From positions 1-64,000 of the IMG/VR virus record IMGVR_UViG_3300037258_000145: a DNA stretch of 64,000 bases; one strand, written 5' to 3'. Positions 18,771 to 27,112 of this stretch are shown here, in pieces. Source of the DNA: a virus. Within the stretch, counting starts at the first letter, position 1; each line of letters opens with the position of its first letter. The translations under genes were made by a program, and so were the position numbers. The notes beneath the pieces are model-generated. The model had not been told where the DNA came from. It saw only the letters and a program-made list of their open reading frames with translations, and searched no databases.

Positions 18771-21700
18771 CCAGCCTGCCAGTTGGCCCCGTCTGATATA
18801 ACCCTCTGGCTCACCCCTGCGGCAATGGTCGTCACCGGTATCGTCCCAGCCGTAGCCGCGAGGCCAAGACTGTTGGTAGAGGCGTTGGCGTTCACGACGG
18901 TATAGCCGTTGCCCGCCCCCTCCGTGACGGCCGAAGGCAACGTAGCCGTCTGGGCGGAAGTCGACAGGGTCCAGATGTGGGCCTTGTGGACATCGTTGGT
19001 AGGGATCGTGGCTGAGGTGGTGTGGGTCGATTGGCCGCTGAAGCCGTCGAAGGGGCCATAACCACCGCGGACAATGAGCCCAGTACGGCCTGAGGTCGTA
19101 AAGGGTGCTTTGCTGCTAACCCAGCGGCAGGAGGCCAGGTTGATCGAGAACGGGTCATCTGTCCCCGTGGCGGTGGTGTCTTGGAACGGCACGGCGCCGG
19201 CCCAACCCGAAAGGTCGCAATTGTCGACCACGACCTGGCCGGCGGTGTAGGTCCCGGCCGCGGCGTTAGCGTTCACTATGGCCGCACCACCGAGTGACGA
19301 GGTAAACCTGACGCCGGTCAGGGCGACGTTGCAGTTTGCGTGCGGCACGGCGCAAACTAGGTAGTTGATCCCGCCCCCCTGGGTCAGGTGGCCGCCGCGC
19401 ACGGTTAGATTGACAGCAAAACTCGGCGTAGACGGGAAGGAGAACAGCTCGGCCCAGTTACCGCTCAGGGTGAGCGTCGGGTTCTCAATCACAATGTCGA
19501 CCGGACCGACAGTGGCGTTCGAGGCGGATATTAATACGATATTGATTGGGCCGACGTAGCCTGAGGCGGCAGTGTAGGAGCCGGTCGGGGCCGAGCTGAC
19601 GACAAAGGTTATTTGCGTCGAAGACACAATCGAGGCGATGGTCCAAGTCCCGTTTATGTTGCTCCACGTACCACCGGCCGCCCCGGTGACAGTGATCGTC
19701 TGGCCGACAACGAGGCGGTTGGTATCCGCGATGGTGGCCGTGATCGTGGTGGTTGAATTGGTCGCCACCGAGATGGTGCCGGGGATGTTGACTATCGGGT
19801 TATTGATCCGATAGGTACCGACCGGCCCGACGCTGGTGCCGCCGATGCCTGGGGAGATGCCGATCCGAGGGGCTGTGCTGCCAGTAGATGGGGTATAGCT
19901 GGGTGACCAGATTGGAGTGTCTATATCGCAGCTCCGTGCCTCGACGGTGATAGCGCCTCCGTTGGGGAAGTTGGGCTGCACCATCTTGAGGCACTCAGTA
20001 GAGTCCCTGACGATCACCCCGGCGCACGGTATGCCATTAGCACCGAAGGTTGGGGCTATCAGGACCCTGTAGTATGGGCCTGGGCCTTGAGCCGTACCGT
20101 TTTCGTGCCACCAGTAAGCGCCACCGTTGTTGTCGGAGACATCGAACCGTGATCCGGTGGAGAGGGCGGAGGCATCAGGGGCAATATACGACGCGTGCCA
20201 ACCGGGGCTCGTCTGGTCAACCAATGTGGGCACCGAGCCGGTGGCGAAGAAAGTGCAGTTCTCGTCATAAAGTCGAGTGTCGCCCCCGACATTGTTAAAC
20301 GCAGCCCGGCAGTCGAAGTAGGCGTAGATGTTGCAGTCTTTGAGTATCGAAAATTTCTGAGCCGTGCCGGTACCGGCACCAACCCACAGCCCAACCGTGG
20401 GGGAATAAACAGGGTCAGAGTCGACAGCAATAGCCCGCAGCCAGTGCGTGAGGGAATCGCTTGTCGATGAGCCGATCACCTGGGCGATGCCGAACAGGGC
20501 TTCCGAGGACTGATGGGTCTGGTACTGCTGACCCATCCACCGGAAGTACAGGCCCTCCAGCTCCAGATTGACGCCATCGCCAGCCTGATAGCCCCAGGCT
20601 TGGAAACCAAACTCCAGGCTCGGTGCTACGACCGTAAACATGGCCGTTCCGCGTGCAGCCTTGACGCTGAAGGTCAATGATTGCGTAGCCGTCGACAGAT
20701 TCGGGTTCGTCAGTTCGGCAGAAAGCCCGGCACTCGTGAGAAGGTGCAGATAATTGCCGGGGGGTACCCACAGCTGCTTACTCGCCGTGAACGCGGCGGC
20801 AACGGCGGCGGCATGTAGAGCGCTGTTGTCGGTGCCGCAAGCGACCGTCATGCCAGTGCAGGAATAGGGAACATTGGCGGGAGTGGTGATGGTCACCTGG
20901 GTACCCGATTGGATGCTGGCCACCGTGTCCTGGTAGAAGGCGTGGAACTCAACGTGCACGGCCGAGACACCCGAGGCGTTCCCGCAAGCCGCCGCCAGCA
21001 CGACCGTCCCACCAGCCCCCGTCGAACCGACTGAAACAATGGTGGTCGACAGAAGGAACCCGCTAGCAGCCCCAGCAGAGACTAGGCACACCATCCCCGC
21101 CGCTGCCCACGTGGGAACCGTACAGGTCAGGGTGGTGCTGGTGTGGCTCATCACCCCATCGAGAGTGATGGCGTATTTGTAGAGCTGGACAACCGAGCCG
21201 ACCTTGGCATTGGCTAGAGCCGTCGAAGAGGAGACTACGCCGCTGGTGACCGTCATCGCCCCGTCTGTAGCAATAAGGCAGTCCGCTACCATTCCCCCGT
21301 CAGCGACAGCGTTGTAGACGCCGTTGACGAGGCCAGGGCCCAGGGTCGAAGGGTTCGCTGAGAACTTAGTGTAGGTGAGCACCGACGTACCGACCGTGAC
21401 GACCTGAGAAATCAGCAACCATGAGGTAGTGCCATTGGCCGTGCCGCTCTGGACTGGGATAGCCCCCGTGTCGTTGATATCTGCGGGCGAGTTGTAGTCG
21501 GTGGCCCGCGTGAAGATCGGCGGCAGGAGGCTCGTCTGGAGTTGCGTCAGGCTGTAGATCCCGTTGTACGCACCGGGATTCCCGCTCTGGGTGTCGTTCT
21601 TCACCAGCAAACGCTGACCTGTCGCTGTGAAGGTGTACGTCCCGTCGACCGTGATGGGAGTGTTGACCGAGCCAGTAAAAGTGGCCCCGACTCCTGAGGC

Positions 21701-22291
21701 GCCGTTCACGTAGGTCAGCCCTGAGGTATCCGAGGCTTGCGTAGTGGCGGCCTGCACGGCGACAGCGGGGTTGACCCCAGCAATAGCGTTGGCGACCGCG
21801 GTGGATACAAAGGCGTCCGTAGCCACGCTGGTGGTCGCATCGCCAGCAGTTTGGGTCGTGGCTGTGGTGGCGCTAGGAAGCGCCAGAGAGGTCGACAAGC
21901 CGGGGTTGGGATAGGTCCCACTGAGAGAACCGCCAGCCGCCCCCGATGGCGTCGCACTCGTCGGCACCGCCGCTAGAAGCTGCGAGATGGCCGCTGCAAC
22001 CGCCGCTGAGCCCGACAAGGTCTGATCAACGAGGGTTACCACGAAGTTGCACGCGGCGGTCGCTACAACGACTGTGAGCCCGTTCTGGAGCGTCCAGTTG
22101 TATAGCAGGGTGACCGGCGCGGTCGGGGTGATGGTGGCAATGACCTTGCCCGAACCGGTCGTGGAGTCGTACAGGGTGATCGTGGCCCCGGAGCCGACGG
22201 TGGAGATGGTGACCGACTGGAGGATCCCACCTCCCGCGGTTTGAAGCGGGAAGGTGCCGGTGGTGGTGATCGGGAACGCGGGTGCAGTCAG
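18767..22291 (-). CDS. tail fibre/spike protein with beta-helix region; CTG start
   Basis: RLLVKN...NGIY...TRATD fibre domain, GTDNSAL..A..LWVPPGNY beta-helix entry; 83 further in-frame codons up to GGAGGT-CAT-CTG. Confidence 0.8.
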   Translation of the reverse strand: MTAPAFPITTTGTFPLQTAGGGILQSVTISTVGSGATITLYDSTTGSGKVIATITPTAPVTLLYNWTLQNGLTVVVATAACNFVVTLVDQTLSGSAAVAAAISQLLAAVPTSATPSGAAGGSLSGTYPNPGLSTSLALPSATTATTQTAGDATTSVATDAFVSTAVANAIAGVNPAVAVQAATTQASDTSGLTYVNGASGVGATFTGSVNTPITVDGTYTFTATGQRLLVKNDTQSGNPGAYNGIYSLTQLQTSLLPPIFTRATDYNSPADINDTGAIPVQSGTANGTTSWLLISQVVTVGTSVLTYTKFSANPSTLGPGLVNGVYNAVADGGMVADCLIATDGAMTVTSGVVSSSTALANAKVGSVVQLYKYAITLDGVMSHTSTTLTCTVPTWAAAGMVCLVSAGAASGFLLSTTIVSVGSTGAGGTVVLAAACGNASGVSAVHVEFHAFYQDTVASIQSGTQVTITTPANVPYSCTGMTVACGTDNSALHAAAVAAAFTASKQLWVPPGNYLHLLTSAGLSAELTNPNLSTATQSLTFSVKAARGTAMFTVVAPSLEFGFQAWGYQAGDGVNLELEGLYFRWMGQQYQTHQSSEALFGIAQVIGSSTSDSLTHWLRAIAVDSDPVYSPTVGLWVGAGTGTAQKFSILKDCNIYAYFDCRAAFNNVGGDTRLYDENCTFFATGSVPTLVDQTSPGWHASYIAPDASALSTGSRFDVSDNNGGAYWWHENGTAQGPGPYYRVLIAPTFGANGIPCAGVIVRDSTECLKMVQPNFPNGGAITVEARSCDIDTPIWSPSYTPSTGSTAPRIGISPGIGGTSVGPVGTYRINNPIVNIPGTISVATNSTTTITATIADTNRLVVGQTITVTGAAGGTWSNINGTWTIASIVSSTQITFVVSSAPTGSYTAASGYVGPINIVLISASNATVGPVDIVIENPTLTLSGNWAELFSFPSTPSFAVNLTVRGGHLTQGGGINYLVCAVPHANCNVALTGVRFTSSLGGAAIVNANAAAGTYTAGQVVVDNCDLSGWAGAVPFQDTTATGTDDPFSINLASCRWVSSKAPFTTSGRTGLIVRGGYGPFDGFSGQSTHTTSATIPTNDVHKAHIWTLSTSAQTATLPSAVTEGAGNGYTVVNANASTNSLGLAATAGTIPVTTIAAGVSQRVISDGANWQAG

Positions 22292-22300
22292 ATGACCTCC
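22289..22300 (-). promoter_or_regulatory. SD-CAT-CTG initiation motif (large fibre)
   Basis: GGAGGT CAT CTG, in frame; TAGGCT at 22311-22316. Confidence 0.8.
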
Positions 22301-22380
22301 ATGAGGCTCAAGCCTAGACGCTGGCCCTGGCTCGGCTGCGCACCGTCACCGTCAGCGACGGCTGGACTTAGGACACTGGA

Positions 22381-23025
22381 TCAGACCGGAGCGAATGAGG
22401 CAACCACGCCAGCCGCTTGCACGCTGGTCGCGTCCGTGAAGGTCTCCGAGTAGGCCCCCGCTGGAGTAATAAGTCCTCCGCTGTCGTAAAGACCACAAGC
22501 GCTGTTGAAAGCACGCAGGATGACGCCCCCCGGAGCGGTGCTCATCCCGTATTGGCACATGGCAGCCCAGGCGTTATTGGTTACCGTCGTCAGGGCCAGT
22601 GCCAGAGAAGTACTTCCGTTGACTGACGCGGAAGCGGAGGCGTCAGGCTGACCAGTTTGGCGTGCCCCCGCGTACGAGGCCGTGCAACCGGCCAGGAGCT
22701 GAGTTGTCGTGGAAGTGATCAGGACGGTGTGAGACCCCGACGGGGGGTTGACCAGCATGAAAAGGTAGACCCAGTTTGTCAGGGATGGCACTTCTTTACT
22801 GACCACCAATGTCATTGGCACGCCGTTATAGGAGGCGGCTACACCGGTACCAGTTCCCCCACTGGTCCCAGCAAGGAACAGGATGCGATTGGCGTTCGAC
22901 GAACAGGTGTGAGCCCATGATTTGCTTGTGGCCCCGAAGCCGGAGGCTCCGTCGGAAGCAGCGTCGAATGTGATGAAGGTGGCCGGCGATACGAACGCAC
23001 TGGTAGATAGTTTCCCGAGAGGCAT
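22381..23025 (-). CDS. small beta-rich fibre-associated adhesin-like protein
   Basis: ATG 1 nt after the fibre TGA; SWAHT..NRILF..SYNGV beta-sandwich pattern. Confidence 0.6.
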   Translation of the reverse strand: MPLGKLSTSAFVSPATFITFDAASDGASGFGATSKSWAHTCSSNANRILFLAGTSGGTGTGVAASYNGVPMTLVVSKEVPSLTNWVYLFMLVNPPSGSHTVLITSTTTQLLAGCTASYAGARQTGQPDASASASVNGSTSLALALTTVTNNAWAAMCQYGMSTAPGGVILRAFNSACGLYDSGGLITPAGAYSETFTDATSVQAAGVVASFAPV

Positions 23026-23026
23026 C

Positions 23027-25156
23027 TCAGAAAGCTTGTCCCGAAACAAGTCCGTTCCATTGACCGTTTGCGTCACAGACGAAGTCGTAACGATCGTAGG
23101 CACCCGCCCCAGTGGTCAAGGTGGGGGGGCTGCCGCCGGGCCAGTTCACGCCGGTAAAACTGACCGTGTAGTTGTAGGTGCCCCCGGTGGAGGGCTGGCG
23201 GAAAAAGCCATAGCAGAACGCCCCTGGCGTGGCTGTTGGCATTGTCATCGTCAGATTGGCCGACAGGGTGACATCGTTGGCGATGTAGGCCAGCGCCAGG
23301 GTGGCTCCTGGGCTTAGGACCTCGTTCATCCACTCGGTCAAGCCGTAGACCTGCCCGTTGACAATGACGGTGTTCTGCATCACCAGCGCGAACGAAGTAT
23401 CCGGGCTGAATACGGACGCCCAGCCGCTGCCGTTGATAATTATGGTGTTGTTGATGGCACCGTTGATCAGCTTGAGGGCATACGCCTGAGTACCGGATGC
23501 CAGCGACATGGAGACGGTTATCGTGCATCCGAACGCTCCCCCGGCACTTCCGTCCAACGCTACCCCGGCATAGTCATTCGGGTTGGTCGAGTTGTAGGTG
23601 CTAGTGGCCTGGTTGAAATTGATCCCGATGATATTGCCCTGGAATGCACAGGTCTTGCCGAGGACGTAGAGCCCATATGTGCTGTTCTGCTCACTGGAGC
23701 ACCCAGCATAAGTGCTGTCACTGCCGGTTACGTAGACGCCAACGCCGTAGTCGGGGGCCTGGTTCTGGGTTCCCCGCCCGGCACCGTACATGGGTCGCTG
23801 GGGAGCCAACCAGTTGGCGGTGTCCGTCGAGGGGGTGCCACTGTAGGCGGTTAAAGACGAGGCGGCGATGTAGATGCAACCGAGATAAATAGTGGCGGCG
23901 CCCGCGGCCCAGTTCAGTCCATTGGTGTAGGGAACTGCCGTGCCGCTGTTGTAGAAGTGACAGTCCGCATAGGAGTTGTCGCCCGCCGCGTTCCACGATC
24001 CGCTGAGACCGTTCTCGGAATACTTACAGGCAATGTGCTCATTGTCGAAGTTGCCCTGGAAGTGGCCGCTACCGCCGTTGTGATTGCAATAGACATTGAA
24101 ATAGGTGATCTCACCGTGACCGCCAATTGTGCCGTTGATACCCTCGCCCGTCTGGTTCTTGATCGCCACCCGCTCGATGAGCGCATTCGTGTCGAAATCA
24201 CTGGCCGAAGTGGTGTCAAGAAGCAGCCCTGAATGCCAGTCACCCAAGGTCTGAGCATTTTCCTTGACAATCCGCAGATTGGCCAGTCGGAACCATTGCG
24301 CGGCCCCCGTAGCCGACAGAGCAGCGCAGTCGGCATTCGCCGCCTGTGTGATGAAATACCCATTGGCCCATCCGAGACCTTCAAGATTGCCGCCGCTTGG
24401 GATGACAAGAGTCGTGGATACGGTGACGACGGGATCTGTGAGCCACAGTACACCAAGCCCTCCAGGCCCAGCCGCCGCGAAAGTAGCCCAGTTGGCCAGT
24501 CCTCCGATGGCCGTAGTGCTTGAGAGACCCAAGTTGAAGTTGATGTCGACCTCGGTCCCAGACGTGACCTTGATCGTCTCATTGGGCGACGTGACCGTTC
24601 CGCCACCGCCTCCTCCTGGCCCCCACGCCGCCGATGCCCCGCTTGAAGGAGCAGTGGGCACGTAGCCGGGCGTAGGAGTGCCGGTGGCAAGTTGGGACAA
24701 GGGGACCACGCCGACAGGGCCCGTGCTGGCTACTCCGTTGGCCACTCCGACCGAAGTCACCAGCACGTATGAGTACGTCGGCGTCGACGTGGACGGAGAA
24801 AGTTGAGACAGGTCGATCGTCCCCCCAGGTGCCGCGTGAGGGATTACGACATCGTAGGTGCGCGACGGGGAGCCGGTGATGTTTTCAGTAACGACCCACG
24901 TGGAGCCGGTCGGCTGCGTCGTGGTGTCGTCGTTGGCGATCAGGACGATACCGACGGTGCTGTTGACCGAGATCTGGCCGCTGCCGTTGAGGGTGGCCGT
25001 CAGGGGGTTGGTGGAGGCGTCGGCGAACAGCTTGTCAGTCGAGTCCTGCAACAGGGTCGACAACCGGAATGTGACGGAACCTGCGGCGGGCGTTAGACCG
25101 TCACCTGACCCAAAAGGGACCAAATATGTCCCCGTAACGACGATAGGTGTAAACAG
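23027..25156 (-). CDS. tail spike with pectate-lyase-like beta-helix; CTG start
   Basis: N-terminal VTGTYL.P...G.VTF motif, Asn/Gly repeats, C-terminal VNWPGGSPPTLT domain; AGGAGG-CAT-CTG with TAG just upstream. Confidence 0.8.
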   Translation of the reverse strand: MFTPIVVTGTYLVPFGSGDGLTPAAGSVTFRLSTLLQDSTDKLFADASTNPLTATLNGSGQISVNSTVGIVLIANDDTTTQPTGSTWVVTENITGSPSRTYDVVIPHAAPGGTIDLSQLSPSTSTPTYSYVLVTSVGVANGVASTGPVGVVPLSQLATGTPTPGYVPTAPSSGASAAWGPGGGGGGTVTSPNETIKVTSGTEVDINFNLGLSSTTAIGGLANWATFAAAGPGGLGVLWLTDPVVTVSTTLVIPSGGNLEGLGWANGYFITQAANADCAALSATGAAQWFRLANLRIVKENAQTLGDWHSGLLLDTTSASDFDTNALIERVAIKNQTGEGINGTIGGHGEITYFNVYCNHNGGSGHFQGNFDNEHIACKYSENGLSGSWNAAGDNSYADCHFYNSGTAVPYTNGLNWAAGAATIYLGCIYIAASSLTAYSGTPSTDTANWLAPQRPMYGAGRGTQNQAPDYGVGVYVTGSDSTYAGCSSEQNSTYGLYVLGKTCAFQGNIIGINFNQATSTYNSTNPNDYAGVALDGSAGGAFGCTITVSMSLASGTQAYALKLINGAINNTIIINGSGWASVFSPDTSFALVMQNTVIVNGQVYGLTEWMNEVLSPGATLALAYIANDVTLSANLTMTMPTATPGAFCYGFFRQPSTGGTYNYTVSFTGVNWPGGSPPTLTTGAGAYDRYDFVCDANGQWNGLVSGQAF

Positions 25157-25165
25157 ATGCCTCCT
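25154..25165 (-). promoter_or_regulatory. SD-CAT-CTG initiation motif (tail spike)
   Basis: AGGAGG CAT CTG, in frame; TAGGCT at 25174-25179. Confidence 0.8.
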
Positions 25166-25176
25166 CTACGCCAAGC

Positions 25177-25557
25177 CTAGACCGGACAGAAGACAGTCGT
25201 CCGCATGCTCCACACCGCGTTTGATGGCGTGCCGGTGTAGCCGATCACCAGGGAGTAAGTGTGGCCCACGGTGAGAGCCGACCCGCGCAGCATTTGGGTG
25301 ATGAGCCCGCCTGAGACCGAGGGGACGTCGGACAGGGTGACGACGCTGTTGGGCGTGGTCGAGGTATCGGTCAGGACCGAAGTGGGGAAGCGGAGCCCCG
25401 TGTCGCCAGTCGCGTTCTGATAGGTCGTCGGATCGAAGGTGAACAGTAAGGCATCAGTCGAACCGACCTCGATGGTGGCGGGCAGCGTGTCGATCAGCAT
25501 GGGGACCTGAGCGACCAAAGACAGGGTGCGTGGAGGTGCGAATACCAGGAGTGCCAC
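25177..25557 (-). CDS. small beta-rich tail-associated protein
   Basis: Ig-like pattern (FTFD...G.TY.L); in the fibre cluster. Confidence 0.6.
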   Translation of the reverse strand: MALLVFAPPRTLSLVAQVPMLIDTLPATIEVGSTDALLFTFDPTTYQNATGDTGLRFPTSVLTDTSTTPNSVVTLSDVPSVSGGLITQMLRGSALTVGHTYSLVIGYTGTPSNAVWSMRTTVFCPV

Positions 25558-25603
25558 TTCACCTGGGCCCTCGTTCGGTGATGACTTGTCGAACCTGGTT
25601 TGA

Positions 25604-25615
25604 CAGATGCCTCCT
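25604..25615 (-). promoter_or_regulatory. SD-CAT-CTG motif opening a 15-aa leader ORF
   Basis: AGGAGG CAT CTG; TACACT at 25624-25629. Confidence 0.65.
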
Positions 25616-25642
25616 CGACCCTCAGTGTAGTTGAGATGTCAC

Positions 25643-26425
25643 TCAGTGCTGCCACACCCGGACGTAGTCGACCATCATCACCGAAGGTGAGACGATCGGC
25701 GGGCTCAATGTGGACGAGCTGCCCAGGTTGAGGATCATGTACTCAAGCGAGCCGATGATGCCAGGAGCACCTATCCCGGCCGAGGTGAAACCGCCAATCA
25801 GCACGCCGTCGTAGTAGAAGTTGACAAAGCCGGGCTCCCAGTCACAAGCGAAGGTGTGCCAGCCGCCGGCATAGGTCCCACCGGAACCGGTCAAAGGACC
25901 GTAGGCGCCGTTGGCGTTGTTGTAGTGGGCTTTGGCGATACCACCAATGCCCTCCATGATGTCGATCTCACCGGCGCTCTCGTCCGAGGAGTAGCCGTGC
26001 AGCCAGAAGGAGGGCCAGTTGTCGATGACCCCTGTCGTGTCCGCTAGCCAGATGCGCGCCTCAAAGAACCCGTAGGACGCGGCGAAGCAGGGAGGGGTGG
26101 TCCAGGGGTAGGCGTTGGCCAATGTGCAAACAAGACCGGAGGTGTAGTCAAAGGTCCCCTTGGAACTCGTATTCGTCTCGGTGATCATGGTCAGAGTCAT
26201 CACGCTGTCGGCGACGCTGACCTGAGGGGAATAGTAAACGCACTCATCGAGCACGTTGATAGGTCCAGTAACGGTGCTGTCGTTGCCGAAGAAGGCAGGC
26301 GTCCACATCGTCTCGTTGAGAGATGAGCCGTTGAACTCGTCGTCAAAGATCAGGTGCCACGGACCGGGGATGTCACCCGTTGGCATCGGAGCCGCGGTGG
26401 CGGCCATAAGGCGAGCGAATTGCAT
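25643..26425 (-). CDS. glycoside hydrolase family 16 protein
   Basis: W.LIFDDEFNG, YTSG, YGFFEAR, WPSFWL, catalytic EIDIME, VDYVRVWQ. Confidence 0.92.
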   Translation of the reverse strand: MQFARLMAATAAPMPTGDIPGPWHLIFDDEFNGSSLNETMWTPAFFGNDSTVTGPINVLDECVYYSPQVSVADSVMTLTMITETNTSSKGTFDYTSGLVCTLANAYPWTTPPCFAASYGFFEARIWLADTTGVIDNWPSFWLHGYSSDESAGEIDIMEGIGGIAKAHYNNANGAYGPLTGSGGTYAGGWHTFACDWEPGFVNFYYDGVLIGGFTSAGIGAPGIIGSLEYMILNLGSSSTLSPPIVSPSVMMVDYVRVWQH

Positions 26426-26438
26426 TTAGAGCGGGGGT

Positions 26439-27011
26439 CTACGCTGCCTCAAGGTATTGGCCAACGATGGCGCTCGTCTGGGTCCCGGTGGCGCTCAGGA
26501 GCCGGTAATAGCCTGCTGGGACCTTGCACCGGAAGGTCATGATGCCGACCGAAGTGGAGCCGGTGACAAGAGTCGTCTGGGCTGGCGTGGCTGTCTTACC
26601 CACCCCGTCCGCAACCACTAGCGATGTGTTGGCGGTCACGTCCACGTAGACCGTGCACCACACGTCATAGCTCAGGATGTTCTGCCACGCGGTGCCGAGA
26701 ACTAAGTTCCCGAGGGCGGTTTGGATGGTGGCTGAAGTCGGCGGGGCTGAGGCGACGGTACCGGGAACAGTCGGAGGGGTGGCGTTGATGCCCAGTTCAA
26801 GCTGAGCCCCAAGAGCGGCGGTGATAGCGGCATTGACGAAGGCGGTATTGGCACCAGCCTGCGAGTTGTCCCCAGCGGGTTGGGTTGGGACCTTTGGTGC
26901 CGGGATCGTCGGTGTATTCAGCGGTGCGACCAGATGCCTCCTTGGGGCATAGCCTACAGCCTGACCGCCCCAGGTCCCGGTACCCCATGAGGAGCTACCC
27001 CACTGGCTCAC
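26439..27011 (-). CDS. minor tail/fibre protein; second in-frame CTG start at 26933
   Basis: PTQPAGDNS...ANTAFV fibre motif; GTGA-coupled start plus internal TAGGCT...AGGAGG-CAT-CTG. Confidence 0.7.
   Translation of the reverse strand: MSQWGSSSWGTGTWGGQAVGYAPRRHLVAPLNTPTIPAPKVPTQPAGDNSQAGANTAFVNAAITAALGAQLELGINATPPTVPGTVASAPPTSATIQTALGNLVLGTAWQNILSYDVWCTVYVDVTANTSLVVADGVGKTATPAQTTLVTGSTSVGIMTFRCKVPAGYYRLLSATGTQTSAIVGQYLEAA
26931..26942 (-). promoter_or_regulatory. SD-CAT-CTG motif (internal, in frame)
   Basis: AGGAGG CAT CTG; TAGGCT at 26951-26956. Confidence 0.75.
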
Positions 27012-27112
27012 CGGGCTTGGTGCTTACGCCTTCGCCACACCCCGTAGATGATCGACAGGCCCAACCAGACTTCGGCGACGTCGCGGTAACTGTCCGATAG
27101 GAAGTGGATCAC
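27008..27112 (-). CDS. 34-aa membrane peptide (not in ORF track)
   Basis: MIHFLSDSYRDVAEVWLGLSIIYGVWRRRKHQAR; GTGA overlaps at both ends. Confidence 0.6.
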   Translation of the reverse strand: MIHFLSDSYRDVAEVWLGLSIIYGVWRRRKHQAR

